64,000 nt of DNA, from assembly GCA_034780895.1 (NCBI GenBank), contig JAUZTB010000118.1:56725228-56789227 (forward strand). Reading direction: 5' to 3'. Shown here piece by piece: positions 13,260 through 26,950 of the stretch. The stretch comes from Rhynchobatus australiae. Lineage: Eukaryota. Under the pieces are notes generated by a model. That model worked only from the letters and a program-made list of their open reading frames with translations. It was not told the origin of the DNA and did no database searches. Within the stretch, counting starts at the first letter, position 1. Each line of letters begins with the position of its first letter. Both the position numbers and the translations under genes were made by a program.

Positions 13260-13615
13260 ACAACATTGCTGAACTAATTATCCATCACCATTACTCTATA
13301 AGATTTAGAGGAAGACACTGAGGAAACCATTTGATGATGATCTCTCAAGATGTAGCCAAAAGCTGGGATCTTAGATTAGGAAAGAGACTGAGCATTGATC
13401 AGGATACAAAGGAGAATTGGGCCAAGTGTGGCAGATGTTCCTCACTTTGGGTAAATTCAGCACAACCCATTTGAATCGGGGTACTAAGCAATGTTATTCA
13501 CTTAAGGTTACAGAGAAGGTGAAAGTCCTGCTGTACATAGTTTATGACTCAAAAAGCCTTAAGTTGTATAGCACATCATGGGCCTGTAGGGAAATGAAAA
13601 GGCTTTTGAGATGCT
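13260..13615 (+). mobile_element. Highly decayed CR1-type RT fragment
   Basis: atttgatgatga (FxDD remnant), tgggccaagtgtggcagatg (W..WQM remnant). Confidence 0.4.
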
Positions 13616-14419
13616 NNNNNNNNNNNNNNNNNNNNNNNNNNNNNNNNNNNNNNNNNNNNNNNNNNNNNNNNNNNNNNNNNNNNNNNNNNNNNNNNNNNNN
13701 NNNNNNNNNNNNNNNNNNNNNNNNNNNNNNNNNNNNNNNNNNCACAGGAACAGTATGCTCAGGGCCATGATTCCTGGTGAATGAATAACAAAGTTCAAGG
13801 ACAATGATCTTTTAACATCATAAGACAACCTAATTAAGGTTGCCTGATTTATCCATGGTTTGTGGAGGATAAAGATGAAACATCTTCCTTCATCCGGTAA
13901 AGCTGATTATCAGGGTTGGTAGACCATTAACATTAATTATGGCCCAGCTTAGAAGGCCATTAGACCTAATGCAGATGTTTCTGTTCTTTGTTTTGTCCAT
14001 GGTAAAACACAATGTTTCCACCAAATAAAGATCTGAGATTGCTTGCTATGTAGATAAGATTGTCTTCACAGTAAAAGTTCTGTTAATAAACCTTTGGCAA
14101 GTAGGCCTTAGTGATTTGATTAATAGTTGGCAGCTTGAAAAGTAACTGTGTTGTTGCAAGTGTCTGTCTTTGGTCTATTTGGTAAATACCTAATTTAATA
14201 GTTGTAATCTGCATACTTGAATATGTAGGTATTGTCTATTTATATCTATAACCTGTTTGAAATGCCTTTTGGCGGTCCAGAACATTTGAAGGTTGAATTG
14301 CTTACAAACCAGATGATATTGAGTTAAATTAAAATGAATATTACGAATTATTAGAACATTTATTGATTTAAAGAGCAGATGGTAGAAAAGTAAACAAGAG
14401 TCAGTATTTGAGAGCAGCA

Positions 14420-14740
14420 CATTGATGCAGCTTACTATGCCTGCTGCCTCATAGCTCCCATGGACCTGGTTCCTGTGCTGTCTTGTGGGAATTGCAAGTG
14501 TGCCCTGCGACAGTGTGAGTTTCCCCTGGCTGCTCTGGTTATGGCCCACATCCCAAAGATGTGCAGGTTGGTAGGTTAATTGGCCACTGCAAATTATTCT
14601 TACTGTGTCGATGAGTGGTAGAATCTGGCGGGTGTTGATCGGAATGTAGGAAGAATAGGGTGCAGGGAAAATTACTTGGGAATGGATTGGTCTGTGAGCC
14701 AGTATAAGCTCGATGGGTGGAAATGGCCTCCTGCAATGTT
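14420..14740 (+). mobile_element. V-SINE (HE1-like), decayed
   Basis: gacctggttcc...gtgagtttcccctggctgctctggtt...cccacatcccaaagatgtgcaggttggtaggttaattggccactgcaaatt. Confidence 0.75.
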
Positions 14741-17700
14741 GAAAGGATATACGAGAAGTAGGTTTGTGTGGATCCTCAGTTAGATTTCACTTAACTNNNN
14801 NNNNNNNNNNNNNNNNNNNNNNNNNNNNNNNNNNNNNNNNNNNNNNNNNNNNNNNNNNNNNNNNNNNNNNNNNNNNNNNNNNNNNNNNNNNNNNNNNNNN
14901 NNNNNNNNNNNNNNNNNNNNNNNNNNNNNNNNNNNNNNNNNNNNNNNNNNNNNNNNNNNNNNNNNNNNNNNNNNNNNNNNNNTGCAGATGGCTAACTGAC
15001 ACCCCCATGACAATGTGATTGTAGCCAGAGCATTGGCATGTGAAAAGAAACATTAGGTTAATTGACTCCTCCATCAACTTGATGAAAGACTTCATCAGTC
15101 AATTTGATTAGAATTAAGAAGGGGCCCTAGTAAATTTAAAATGCTGGTGAGTTATGTCTTTGCTATGCATTGTCCTTTCTTTCCAATTATTTGTCAAATG
15201 ATATATATTTCTATAAATGTTCTTCTTTCAGACAGGAAACAAAAATAGGATTTGGCATTCCCACTCGCAATTTTGTTACAACTATTAAGGATTTTTAAAA
15301 ATGTAATCTTAATTTGTGTAATTCTCAGGAGTTACAAGTTCGGTACAAGGAGACAGAAGTTGCTGCTGAAATAACAGTGAGGCCAATGGCATTCACAATT
15401 ATTTCTGAATAAGTGGTCTTTTGGTGAGGTAAAATGTGAATATCCAAAAGCTTTAGTCCAATTTGTGCCTCTCCAGCATAAACCTCACAAAAAGGTTTTA
15501 GTTGTCTGCTTCACTATTGAATGTAACAATGTCTTTATATTTGCACATTTATAATGTACTAAACTCCTACAGATATTGAAGGNNNNNNNNNNNNNNNNNN
15601 NNNNNNNNNNNNNNNNNNNNNNNNNNNNNNNNNNNNNNNNNNNNNNNNNNNNNNNNNNNNNNNNNNNNNNNNNNNNNNNNNNACAGATATTTAAGGCTAA
15701 TAATTAGTGGTGATAAATACTGTTCTCACAGCATAATAATTGTTAATTGATCGCAACTAGTTTCTCTGACATCAAAAAACAGCTGTTAAAAGTTTGGAGT
15801 CTCATCACTTCAGGTTTTTAATTTATCAGACAGTTTTTTTAAATGATTAAATTTTAGTTTTTTTTCCCTCTTTTCCTTCTCTTTGGATTTCTTATTCCAG
15901 ACTAAGTTTATCTTGGTTCAATTACTTTTCTGGATCTGATTTAACATTGCATTCAGCCACAGTAATTTTTCTTTCTCAATCCTGAAGCTGTTTATTTCTC
16001 ACTCCTCAACAAATAGTGGATTGCTTGCTTTGTTCACTTGGCACTGTCACTTTAGACTTTAAACAAATTTGTGAGAAAACGAGTTTTGAGTTGAAAAGCA
16101 CAGGGGGCAAGTTAAGTAATGGTAGATACAATTAGATATAACAATACAGCAACGTCTAATCCATTCTTTTCTTGCATTCTTCCATGGGATGTGAGTGACC
16201 CCAGCAACTTTATTTCATATCTTCTGTGAAGCTGATAGTGAGGTGCCACCTTAAACCACTGTGGTCCATGTGTTGAAGTTACATATAGACAGTGCAGTCA
16301 GATATGGAGCTCCAAAACTTTGACCTAGGGTGACAGTGAAAGATCTTTGTAATTGGTCCAGAAAACTTGATAAGGCATGTATCACTGTAAAATGTTTTTG
16401 TGTTGAGTGACAATTTCTATGCCTTCATAGTGATGCAAGGAACACTCTGACTCTCCACAAAGATATAACAAAAATATTACAGGTGAAAGAACCTATTATA
16501 GTGAAAGAGAGCAAATCTTTGTAAAACCAACAGTGAATGAAATTCATAACAAAGCTACCAGTTTTTTCATGAGTACCATGGCTTTAAAAGTGTAATAAGT
16601 AACTATCACTAAAAAGATGATCATAGTTAATATTTCAGCCAAACAAAACTTTAGTGATGTATCATTTTGACAATTGATATAAAAGATCCAGAATGAAAAT
16701 AGAAATAGCTTTGTATTTTAGGAGTAGCATATTTTTTATTTATTGCATAATCTTACCCATAAGCACAATTTTCCACCAGCTACGAGTGACTTATTTTCAT
16801 CTGTCTGAAGTTGTTGTAATTTCTCTTTAAGCTTGAAGGCCAGAATGCCTTGGATCAGATGTCATTTTGCCCATTCTTACATTCCAAGGCAGTGACCCTG
16901 ACATCTTTTCTATGTTGTGGTATCCAAATCAAAATGNNNNNNNNNNNNNNNNNNNNNNNNNNNNNNNNNNNNNNNNNNNNNNNNNNNNNNNNNNNNNNNN
17001 NNNNNNNNNNNNNNNNNNNNNNNNNNNNNNNNNNNNATCCAAATCAAAATGCTTCCTGTGGCAACTTAATCACGAGCTAATCTTATTCCTTTGTTTGGTG
17101 TGTAGGGTTCAAAAATGTTGCCTGATTGGGGATTGAACTTTATATTAAGTTAGCATTAGAGTTGCAGTGAGTAACGTCAGCCCAGACAAACTGCAAGAAC
17201 TGGTTTGGGGAAAATATGTTAATAAACTTTAATTTTACTTAATTTTACTTAAAGATGGGCTTTGATACCATAAGTTGAAGCAGCATTTTAGAAATGGTTG
17301 CAGATAAAATATTCTGCATAAATTACATTGATTTCTGATCAAAGCTGCCTGGATTCCAAATACTGTCAAAATACTGGTGGGATTATATTCAAATTCTCAG
17401 GATTATGACAGGAAATGACAAAGTTTGGATATGCAAATTATTTACTTTGTCAAAAGGTTCATATTCTTGTTTAAAAAAAGAGCAAACTAGGAGTGAAAGA
17501 TAAGGTCAGTGAAGACTTTTAAAAGAGAGGAAGGTATATATATANNNNNNNNNNNNNNNNNNNNNNNNNNNNNNNNNNNNNNNNNNNNNNNNNNNNNNNN
17601 NNNNNNNNNNNNNNNNNNNNNNNNNNNNNNNNNNNNNNNNNNNNNNNNNNNNNNNNNNNNNNNNNNNNNNNNNNNNNNNNNNNNNNNNNNNNNNNNNNNN

Positions 17701-18109
17701 NNNNNNNNNNNNNNNNNNNNNNNNNNNNNNNNNNNNNNNNNNNNNNNNNNNNNNNNNNNNNNNNNNNNNNNNNNNNNNNNNNNNNNNNNNNNNNNNNNNN
17801 NNNNNNNNNNNNNNNNNNNNNNNNNNNNNNNNNNNTTTTCCATGATAAATTGACCAATCCTGTGCCTCTGAAAGGGACCTGATCTCCTAATCAAGCTCCC
17901 TTTATGTCAGCTGCCTCATAGGACCCAGGATCTCTGAATTTATCTTTACATTACTTCCATGTTTTGGTGCTGCTTGAGCCAAGTGTTATAAAATTGTGGA
18001 GTTGAAGCCATACCACTCCAGCTGCAAATTTATTTTCATTTAAAAAAAAAACAGAACAAAATGCACAGCATCTTTTTCTTATAACTTATGAATTTACGTG
18101 TATTGGCAG

Positions 18110-18260
18110 GTCAAAGGTCAGTAATTGTTTACTGCACACAGATCCTCAGAGCCTCAACTCAGTGATGTTGTCATCCAAGTTGCCAGGGATGATCTACACA
18201 GCGGATGAACAATGTCAGATTCTGTTTGGTCCAACAGCTACTTTCTGCAAGGAGATGCAG
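18110..18260 (+). CDS. ADAMTS19: ADAMTS19-like exon (end of metalloprotease domain / start of disintegrin-like domain)
   Basis: Acceptor ttggcag|G, donor CAG|gtaact; 151 nt = 1 + 50 codons: [50 protein letters not shown]. [17 protein letters not shown] is an ADAMTS17/19 signature; as recalled, QSxNSVM and xEMQ|[10 protein letters not shown] fit ADAMTS19 better. Confidence 0.93.
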
Positions 18261-20139
18261 GTAACTTTGGTTTTACTGGTATGACTCCTGTTATACATCC
18301 ACCCCACTCTGATATGTTTATTGTTTCATGTAACCTGGAACTGTTTGAGTTGCTGAGTAAATTAAGATAATGTTTAATTCACTGCTGAATTTTATGGGGA
18401 CAATGTAGGTACCAAATTTTTTCCGACAAAGCAACTAGTGAGCACGTGCACATTTGTGCCAGAGTTGCCACTGAACTCATTGGTTAAGGTGCTGGCATAT
18501 ATGCAGTAAGCAAGAGCTGGTGGAAGTTTACAGGAATACATTATCATAATGTCATTCAGTATGCAATGCTGATTCGATGCCAGATCACATTCTTGACGTG
18601 AGGGCTTATACAGAAATCATTTCCTTCCATAGACATTAATTTGCATTCCACTTGCACTGTGCTGTGACAAGGAGAGGGTGCACACTGTAGGACACAACTA
18701 GAAGCAGGAAGAGGAGGGCAGTAGGGCTCATTAGGATGTCAGTCCACCCAAATTGTTCAGGGAACTTTGGTGAGGAAAAGTACATGCATTTGAAAATTAA
18801 AGCTTATTGAAATCTGCCACAGCTACCACCTCAGCACAATGGGGATCACATTGCTGGCATGGTCACAGAGCCATGGATTTTATGTATTCAGTTCCTTCCA
18901 GGTGGAAGCTGAGAATACTTGGANNNNNNNNNNNNNNNAACTATTTCTTAAGGGAGATAGTGGACTACCCCTGTTTAAAGAGAGCCGAATAAACTTTATT
19001 CTCTCTTATCTTGAAACTTTGTGACAAATACAGATCTTCACTTGGTGAAGGGTGTCGTTGATGGGTGAACAATTTTCTGTGGATGCTGTATGCCAGCCAT
19101 GAGATGTACTGCAGGCAAAAGGGATCCTTTGATGTATGGCCATAGGCTGTGCATCAGGTACTCCAATGCCAAATCAGTGTCAGTTGCACACTAGAGTCAT
19201 GAACTATTTAATCAACAAATACCCATTTGCTGCCCAATTATTTTGTGCTGGTGGCTGAAAGGCAGATGGTATGGTGAACAGAAAGAGAATGAAGGTATCA
19301 CAACTGTTGCCATGATACTGGGCACTGGACTTTTTTTTAAAGAAAAACATAGCCTCAATTAACCATTCTCCATCAATTCCATATCTTTGTTTCTCCTTAT
19401 ATTCGGCATAGCCACAATGCAAACTATCAGCCACCATGNNNNNNNNNNNNNNNNNNNNNNNNNNNNNNNNNNNNNNNNNNNNNNNNNNNNNNNNNNNNNN
19501 NNNNNNNNNNNNNNNNNNNNNNNNNNNNNNNNNNNNNNCCATGCCCCCCAAAAAAAGTTTATCCATGTTGCTTAGAAATACTTCCACCTATCTTTTGCAT
19601 TTCATTAGTGGCTTCTTTCTATGCGGCTGTGACTATCCTAATGTTCGTTTGCGTATCTACCCAGAGCAAGACAGCTGCCTTCAGTGGAGAAAACTGTAAA
19701 TGGCCTTGGACAATGACCTTGACCTTCAGCTCTGGCTGCACTATAACAGCTTGCTAGTTTTCCATGTTCTTTTGGCTATTCTAGTGCTCTTGTGCTTTGA
19801 AACCCTGGTTGTGGTGAAAGTAAGGCATGTGCTGTTTGTAAACCAAAAGAGGTTGTGAGAGAACTGTGTTACAGAAAGGAAGATTACATTCGAGAATACC
19901 ATCATCTTCAATGTTATCAGGCCTGCTGCTATCTGTAACCATTCCTGCACTAGTGTGCACACTTTCCTCCATTCCAATGTCATTCTGCACCTGGTTGTGA
20001 TTTCCGATTGTACACCACTTGTCACTGCTCTGTAAGAATGTTTGATGATGTGTCCATTGTGGCTGAATAGCTAATAAACTGTGATATGTGAAGTGGATCA
20101 ATATTAAGTTTGTGAGGTTGAGTTGAATCTATTGGAGTA

Positions 20140-20325
20140 AATTAGTTTGGTAGGTTAATTAGTCACTGTAAATTGCCCCAACTGTATAGGTGAGTGGTAG
20201 AATCTGGGAGGTGGGGGTATGTTGGGAGAATAATATAGAATTAGTATATATTTGGTACTTGATAGTCAGTATAATGGGTCAAAGAACCTGTTTCTGTAGT
20301 GTTTGGCTCTGTGATTCTTTGACTC
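20140..20325 (+). mobile_element. V-SINE 3' half with CR1-type tail
   Basis: ggtaggttaattagtcactgtaaattgcccc...atgggtcaaagaacctgtttctgtagtgtttggctctgtgattct. Confidence 0.7.
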
Positions 20326-21954
20326 CTAAATCCTGTGGGATAGAGATTACTGATAGGTGAGTGAACGGAGTTGTGGTTAATTGACTTTTCAGGATTGACT
20401 TAGGCCCAGTTCAGCATACAGGACTGATGGCATTTTTGGGAATATCTCTGTCTAATGCACTGGAGCTTTTGCAAAGGGATCATTGTAAGTGTGCCTAATT
20501 TGCTCATTGACCTGTGTGGATATATCTCCAGCTGTCACCATGCAGGGGCATGAATTATTTTCCAGGGTTGAACCATGACAACTTAGCTGAAGTGGTAAGG
20601 AACCCTCAATAATTATTTTATTGAAACAATAAAGATCCTCTATTTCTTTCACTTTTTACAGTTGGCAAATACTACACATCAGTTGGATTGTGTGCTGCCT
20701 CGCTTAAGACAAAAGGTTCAAGCTGAACCAAACAATCCATGGCCTAGAAGTTGTTGTGCACCCAAAAAGATGGGGTTATTGGAGCTTGTGCCTTGGGTGG
20801 GGATGCTGGGGAGAGGTTGGACTGATGCTTTACCTTGGGAATGTGGGAGAAAGGAGAGAGATTAGAACTTGTATCTTGGGTCAGGATGGTGGAAAAAGGC
20901 ATTGTGGCCAGGATTAGAGGTGGTGGGATGGTTAACAATGAGGTAAGTAGTTGAGAAATGGGGATTGAAAATCAAGGCCTGCCTCAGAATTTGTATTGGA
21001 AAATGAGGAAATGAAAGGGTCTGTCACCTTGAAGATTGGGGCTAGCAGCCTGGGCTTAGGGTTGTGTAAGGGCCAGGCTTCAGAATGATTAAAAATAAGT
21101 GTGATTGCATTGGAAAGACCATGATGGTTGCTCCGAGGACAACTTAGTCCAAGTTCCCCTGCAGTGTTCCAAAAGGAATGTTGCATGGAGAATTACATCA
21201 TCGTGTGTGGGTGACTCATATCCAGAGATGCCCAGTTGAATTTCTGTTCAACATGAAATGACCAAGAAGTAGTCATTACTGTGTTTCACTCCNNNNNNNN
21301 NNNNNNNNNNNNNNNNNNNNNNNNNNNNNNNNNNNNNNNNNNNNNNNNNNNNNNNNNNNNNNNNNNNNNNNNNNNNNNNNNNNNNNNNNNNNNNNNNNNN
21401 NNNNNNNNNNNNNNNNNNNNNNNNNNNNNNNNNNNNNNNNNNNNNNNNNNNNNNNNNNNNTTATACAGACTGCCTTGTTTTTACCCTCGATTATTGCAGT
21501 TGCGAATTTTGTTATTACTAACAGGAGAAACCTACAGACACTAGAAGTAATTGTTTTTCTTTATCTGGTGACCTTCAGAGAATTGATTTGTTGACATGTT
21601 GTGCCAATCCAACTCATGTTTTGTGATACTAGTGAGGTCTTTGACCTGGAAAGTTCAACCCACTGTTCAGCTTCTCCCTGAGTGTGTGACGGCCGTGTTC
21701 CACACCACTTGGTGAACGCTCAGTGACGCTGTCAAATTCCCAGCCTCCAGTAAATCCCACATCACACTGGTCTCATTGGTGTGCAGGAGCTCCCTTCACC
21801 GGCCAGCATCAAATGCAGGTCCCGCAAAAAACCTGCATTTCAGCTTTGCAGGCAATACTTCTCTCCCATTTATTATAATGGAATGTTGGGAATAAAAATA
21901 TAACAGGATTTAAAAAGACAAAAGTTTACTTTAATTGAGCTCTTCAAAACCAAA

Positions 21955-22251
21955 TAAGATAAGATCGGATATCTTTATTAGTCACATGAACATCGAAACA
22001 CGTAGTGAACTGCATCTTTTGCGTAGAGTGTTCTGGGGGCAGCCCGCAAGTGTCGCCACGCTTCCGGCACCAACATAGCATGCCTGCAACTTCCTAACCC
22101 TTTGGAATGTGGGAGGAAAGTGGAGCACCCAGAAGAAACCCACACAGACACAGCGAGAACATACAAACACTTTGCAGACAGCGGCGGGAATTGAACCCGG
22201 GTCGCTGGCGCTGTAATAGTGCTACACTAATGGCTACACTACCACGCCCCC
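21955..22251 (-). mobile_element. tRNA-derived V-SINE, full length and young (CpG-rich), (TCTTA)n tail type
   Basis: Same family as 7784-8071; head ggtagtgtagcc..ttagtgtagcactattacagcgccagcgacccgggttcaattcccg. Confidence 0.9.
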
Positions 22252-24883
22252 CCATCCATTACCTCACAAAATAGATCTAGGAATTAAAACTTTAGTCCAG
22301 TTATGAAAGATGATAACAACTGCCTCCTTCAAAATTATAGAACATATTAAATATATATCTGTGTACACTGTTACAGATGTAAAATCCCTACTGTACATTA
22401 GTACAAAATAATCATGCAAACANNNNNNNNNNNNNNNNNNNNNNNNNNNNNNNNNNNNNNCTTGTACACTGTGCCTTTAACCTTGTTGGAGAGATGAGTG
22501 TTGCTAAGGGATGGGAATGGAGTGGACTGGGACACAGATAGGTGCTCACCTTGCCATCACTTCATTTAGAGTCATATCCCCAAACAGCAGTCAGATTGAA
22601 AGTAAGTTTTGTCGCCCCCTTTTTTGACTTGGATAAGCAAGCAGACATCACTGATTTCAAGATGTTCTTTCACATTCATCACTACTTTATAAATAAACAA
22701 AAGGTATCTCAAACTGCAGCTGCTTCTGTGCTGCCTTGCCCCAGAGTCCAAGACTGAGCTAGAGACCCCATTCCTTCCCACTGACTCGTTTCATTAGAGG
22801 CGTCCTGACTCTGACCCGACCATCATCCCCAGCAGTCTGGCCAACACCCCACCCTGAATATCTGCCCAACCAATTATCCTGATTCCCTGTCTGATTCCCC
22901 TGCCCCTCAGTAATCCTCTAAAATCCCCTTCCTGTTCTCTATCTCCATCCCACAATAAATAAAGGTGAACAGCTCATGGGATAATGCTAATGTTCTATGA
23001 AGACAATGCAACACATATTCCTGTACCTGTCATTATTGGATCTCCAGAGTGGACATAATTATCCCACTTAATTTTATCCGAATTGAAATAGCCAGAAATT
23101 CACGTAAATAAAAACAAAAAATACTGGAAACACTCAGCAGGCCATACAGCATCTATCAAAAGATATGACATTTATTGTTAGGTTTTCTGTCATTACCAAC
23201 TCTCGGAGTATCGCTTCTCCCTTCCCCCGCACCCTGTTTCATTTCAAGAATTCCAGACTAACCAGAAGCCCTGTTCTACCCCATGGTGTCACTCAGTCAG
23301 AAACCACCCACCACTCAGTGGTCCAGATGTGTTGGAAAACCTCAGCAGAGCCTCGCTTGCCTGGTGGCTGACACAGAGACCAGGTGAATGCAGCTTCCAG
23401 TGCTGGGGCGAAGGACCAGCGAGCAGGTAGTCGAAAGGCTGGTGTTTTTGTAATTGGCCCATGGCTCTGCTGAGCCAACCACCTTCCAACTCAAAATGCA
23501 GGGGGGCATTGGCAATTACAGCAGAAACTATCAATATTGGGTTAACAGCTCATCCTTCCATACATTGTGTATTCAAACCCATTCGAGAACATCCCATTAG
23601 GGTTACTCTTTTAAAAATTAAAAACACTATGCTTAGATTGAACAATTAAATAAGAACTACTTAATGGCTTCTAACATTGGAAGGTAAATTAGTTCTTTTG
23701 TCTTAGAAGTGGATTGCCTTCAGTACATTTCAACATCATTATATTTGGTCCATTACACTAAGTCATAAGTTATCAGAATTCAAGTAGCTTAAAAATCTTG
23801 CTAATCTTTTTTGATTTTACCAAGCCATTAAGTACTTGACTTATTTGAAAGTATTTTGTATTGTATGTTAACTGTTGAAATTGTATTGAATTAATTCTTG
23901 GAACTGCACTTTGAAGTACTTATTCTTTTTCTGTTAAATGAAGAATAGGGTGCTGAGGTAATTTTACAGATGCAATGGACTCTTTTTAATCAGGACTGAA
24001 GTGAATCCAGGTTTAATAAACTTGAATGCAAGAAGTCTGAGTGGAATTGACAGATGTTGCTTCGCTCATTTCATAGTGTGATCATTGTGGGAGCTTTTGT
24101 TACTGATCGNNNNNNNNNNNNNNNNNNNNNNNNNNNNNNNNNNNNNNNNNNNNNNNNNNNNNNNNNNNNNNNNNNNNNNNNNTTAGATGTTTCCCCCTCA
24201 TTTCCCCCTCATAATCATTTCAAATTATATTTTTAGTTTGTTATTTTTCAGTGACAAACATTAATATTTCTGACACATTGCCTCTATGACTTGAGCAGAT
24301 TACGCAGGAAAAGCCTCATAAGAGGTCATGACAAGTCAAGGATCAAAGTCCTCGAGGTGGTCTATTGGCAGCAGGGTGTTTGTAAAGGAGGGGATAAGGT
24401 TATAGTGGGAGTTCCATGCATTGTGAGTTCTTGTGACTTTGCTGTTCCAAGGGAACAAGGAAAACATTGATGCACTCGGCCTGGCATACAGGCCTTTGTA
24501 ATAATGATTCCGAGTCCTGGTTGAATTCTAGACTTGAAGAGAATTCCTTTCTATTTTTTTTCCAAGGTGTCACTCTAACTCACTGCATGCAGCCACCTAT
24601 GCTGCACAGTGTAGCATTCTAACATTTTGCTGTGTTAAAAATGCAACACAATTCCTTGTCCCACACAAGACATCTGCCGCTTCTGTATCCTGAGGGGGGC
24701 ACTGGTAGATGTAAAGTGTCTGGCATTCACCCAGTCCAGCAGGGCCAGCAACAAGTAATAACCAGCAACCCAAGAAAAACATTTTGCTAGCAGATTTCAC
24801 AACCTCAGGATGTTATGAAGCTCACTACTGCAGTCCAGGAAATACAAGCAAATTTCACACTTCATGTGTTCTCGCATTAATGC

Positions 24884-25330
24884 GGTCCATCTCTGACACT
24901 TCCCTTCCCTTTCTGGATCTCTCTTTCTCTCTCTCAAGAGATAGACCAGCCACTAACATCTTTTACCAGCCTACAGATTCTCACAGTGACTTTGGCTGTA
25001 CATCCTCTCACCCTGCCGCCTGTAAGGATGCCATTTCTTTTTCCCAGTTTCTTTGCTTCCACTGCATTTGTTCCAAGGATGAGGCCTTCTGCTCTGGTGC
25101 CTCTGATATGTCCTCCCTCTCCCTGAAGTGTAACATCCCTCTGCTATAGTCGATGGAGCTCTCAACTGTATTTCCTCTATTTCCCTCATGTCTGCTCTCA
25201 ACCCTCACCTCTCTGCCTGGACTGAACAGATTTCCCCTAGAACCCAAACTAACCCTCCCCTCCCACTCCCCGCCTTCATATTCAACACATTATCCTTCGC
25301 AATTTCTGCCAGCTCCAACATTATTTCAGC
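24884..25330 (+). mobile_element. Penelope-like element, RT thumb/linker part
   Basis: SISDTSLPFLDLS...IFYQPTDSH...TSSHP..CKDAISFSQFL...ICS is a typical PLE RT C-terminus; continues at 26951. Confidence 0.8.
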
Positions 25331-25676
25331 ACTAGTCACATAAAGTAGTTATACAGCACAGAAAAAGGCCCTTCATCCCAACCAAGGTGCCTACCTGAGC
25401 AAGTCCCATTTGCCAGTGTTTGGCCCATATCCCTCTAAGCCTATACCTGTCCAAATGTCTTTTAAATGTTGTAGTTGCCCCTGATTCTGCTACTTCCTCT
25501 GGCAGCTCGTTCCATATACCCACCACCCTCTTGTGTATAAAATTTGACCCTCAGATCACCTTTAAATCTTTCCCCTCTCACCTTAAACCTATACCCTCTA
25601 CCCTGGGGAAAAAGACGGTGTCTACCTACTTTAGCTGTCAGACCGTGGGGATTTATCCATATTTAATGGACCTCAA

Positions 25677-25900
25677 TAAACACACACAAAATGCTGGAGC
25701 AATTCAGCAGATCAGGCAGCATCTCTGGAGGGAAATGAAGAGTCCATGTTTCAGGCTGAGACCCTTCATAAGGTCTGGTGTTATGCCCTGAAACATTGAC
25801 TGTTCATTTCCCTCCATAGATACTCCCTGACCTGCTGAGTTCCTCCAGCATTTTATGTGTATTGCTCCAGATTTCCAGCATCTGCAGTCTCTCCAGTGTC
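25677..25900. mobile_element. Fold-back mini element (inverted Penelope terminal repeats)
   Basis: Left arm acacacaaaatgctggag..cagcatctctggagggaaatgaa..atgtttcagg is the reverse complement of right arm cctgaaacattgactgttcatttccctccatagat..ctccagcattttatgtgt. Confidence 0.8.
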
Positions 25901-26187
25901 TGCTTTATGCATCCCAAGACTGCCAACACCTCCTCTTTTGTAATGTGAGTCTGTTTCAGGACATCATTATTCTCTTCCCTGAACTCCCAAGCTTCCATGG
26001 CCTTTTCCATGGTAAATACAAATGAAAAGTATTCATTTACGACTTCACCCATTTCCTGTGGCTCCACACATAGATTACCTCACTGATCCTTAAGGGGACC
26101 TTTTCTCTCCCTAGTTACCCTTTTTCTCTTACTATACTTCTGGAATCTTTCAGGATTCTCCTTTACCTATCTGCCAAGGATATTTCA

Positions 26188-26400
26188 GGGCGGCACGGTA
26201 GTGTAGCGGTTAGCATGACGCTTTGTACATTCTCCCCATGAATNNNNNNNNNNTGGGTTTCCTCCGGGTGCTCTGGTTTCCTCCCACATTCCAAAGACAT
26301 ACGGGCTAGTAGGTTAACATGGGTGTAATTGGGTGGTGTGGGCTCATTGGGCCGGAAGGGCCTGTTACCATGCTGTATAAGTTAAAATTTTAAAAAAGTT
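26188..26400 (+). mobile_element. V-SINE (internally deleted) inserted in CR1
   Basis: Head gggcggcacggtagtgtagcggttagc, V-domain, tail gggccggaagggcctgttaccatgctgta; candidate TSD atatttca (26180-26187) / atatctca (26404-26411). Confidence 0.85.
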
Positions 26401-26950
26401 ATAATATCTCATGTCCCCTCTTTGCCCTCCTGATTTGCTTAGTAAGTGTCCTCCTACATCCCTTATGTTCCTCAAGAGATTTGCTTAATTCCAGTTGCCT
26501 CGACCTGACATATGCCTCCTTTTTCCTGACCAGAGTCTCAATATCCCTCATCAACCAGGGCTCTCTACTCCTACCAGACTTGCCCTTAACTCTATCAGGA
26601 ACATGCTGGTCCTGAACGCTCCCTATTTAAAAGCCTCCCATTTACCAGATGTCCCTTTACCTGTGAATAGCGTCTCCCTATCAACCTTCACAAATTCCTC
26701 TGTAACGCCATCGAAACTAGCCTCGCCCCAGTTAAGGACTTGTGGACCAGTCCTATCTTTTTCCATAACTATTTTAAAACTAATAGAATTACATTCACTG
26801 GCCCCTGAGTGTTCTCCCATTGGTACTTAAGCCACTTTCCCACCCTCATTTCCCAAGTGGAGGTCAAGTGTTGCCCCCTTTCTAGTACGGTGATCTACAT
26901 TTTGCTTGAGAAAACTTTCTTGGATGCGCTTGACAAATTCTGCCTATCCT

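Larger units (their letters stand above)
25331..26950 (-). mobile_element. CR1/HER1-type LINE sequence inserted in the PLE (3' tail plus endonuclease-linker region, RT core missing)
   Basis: Tail ORF VGIWNELPEEVAESGATTTFKRHLDRY (25332-25526); EMGEVVNEYFSFVFT..ITKEEVL (25900-26067); SISFKIVMEKD..LNWG (26623-26820). Confidence 0.85.

Noticed and set aside
1-18109. Upstream ADAMTS exons carrying the zinc-binding/Met-turn region
   Set aside because: No matching exon was found by eye; they probably lie before the window, or possibly in a gap. Likewise no downstream K(V/I)GCDG exon was seen after 59499.
19700-20650. Possible Gypsy integrase remnant on the minus strand
   Set aside because: Only vague motif resemblance; cannot be supported without a profile search.
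22170-22251. tRNA gene (A/B box-like sequence)
   Set aside because: It is the tRNA-derived head of a V-SINE, continuous with the V-domain, and no complete cloverleaf was seen.
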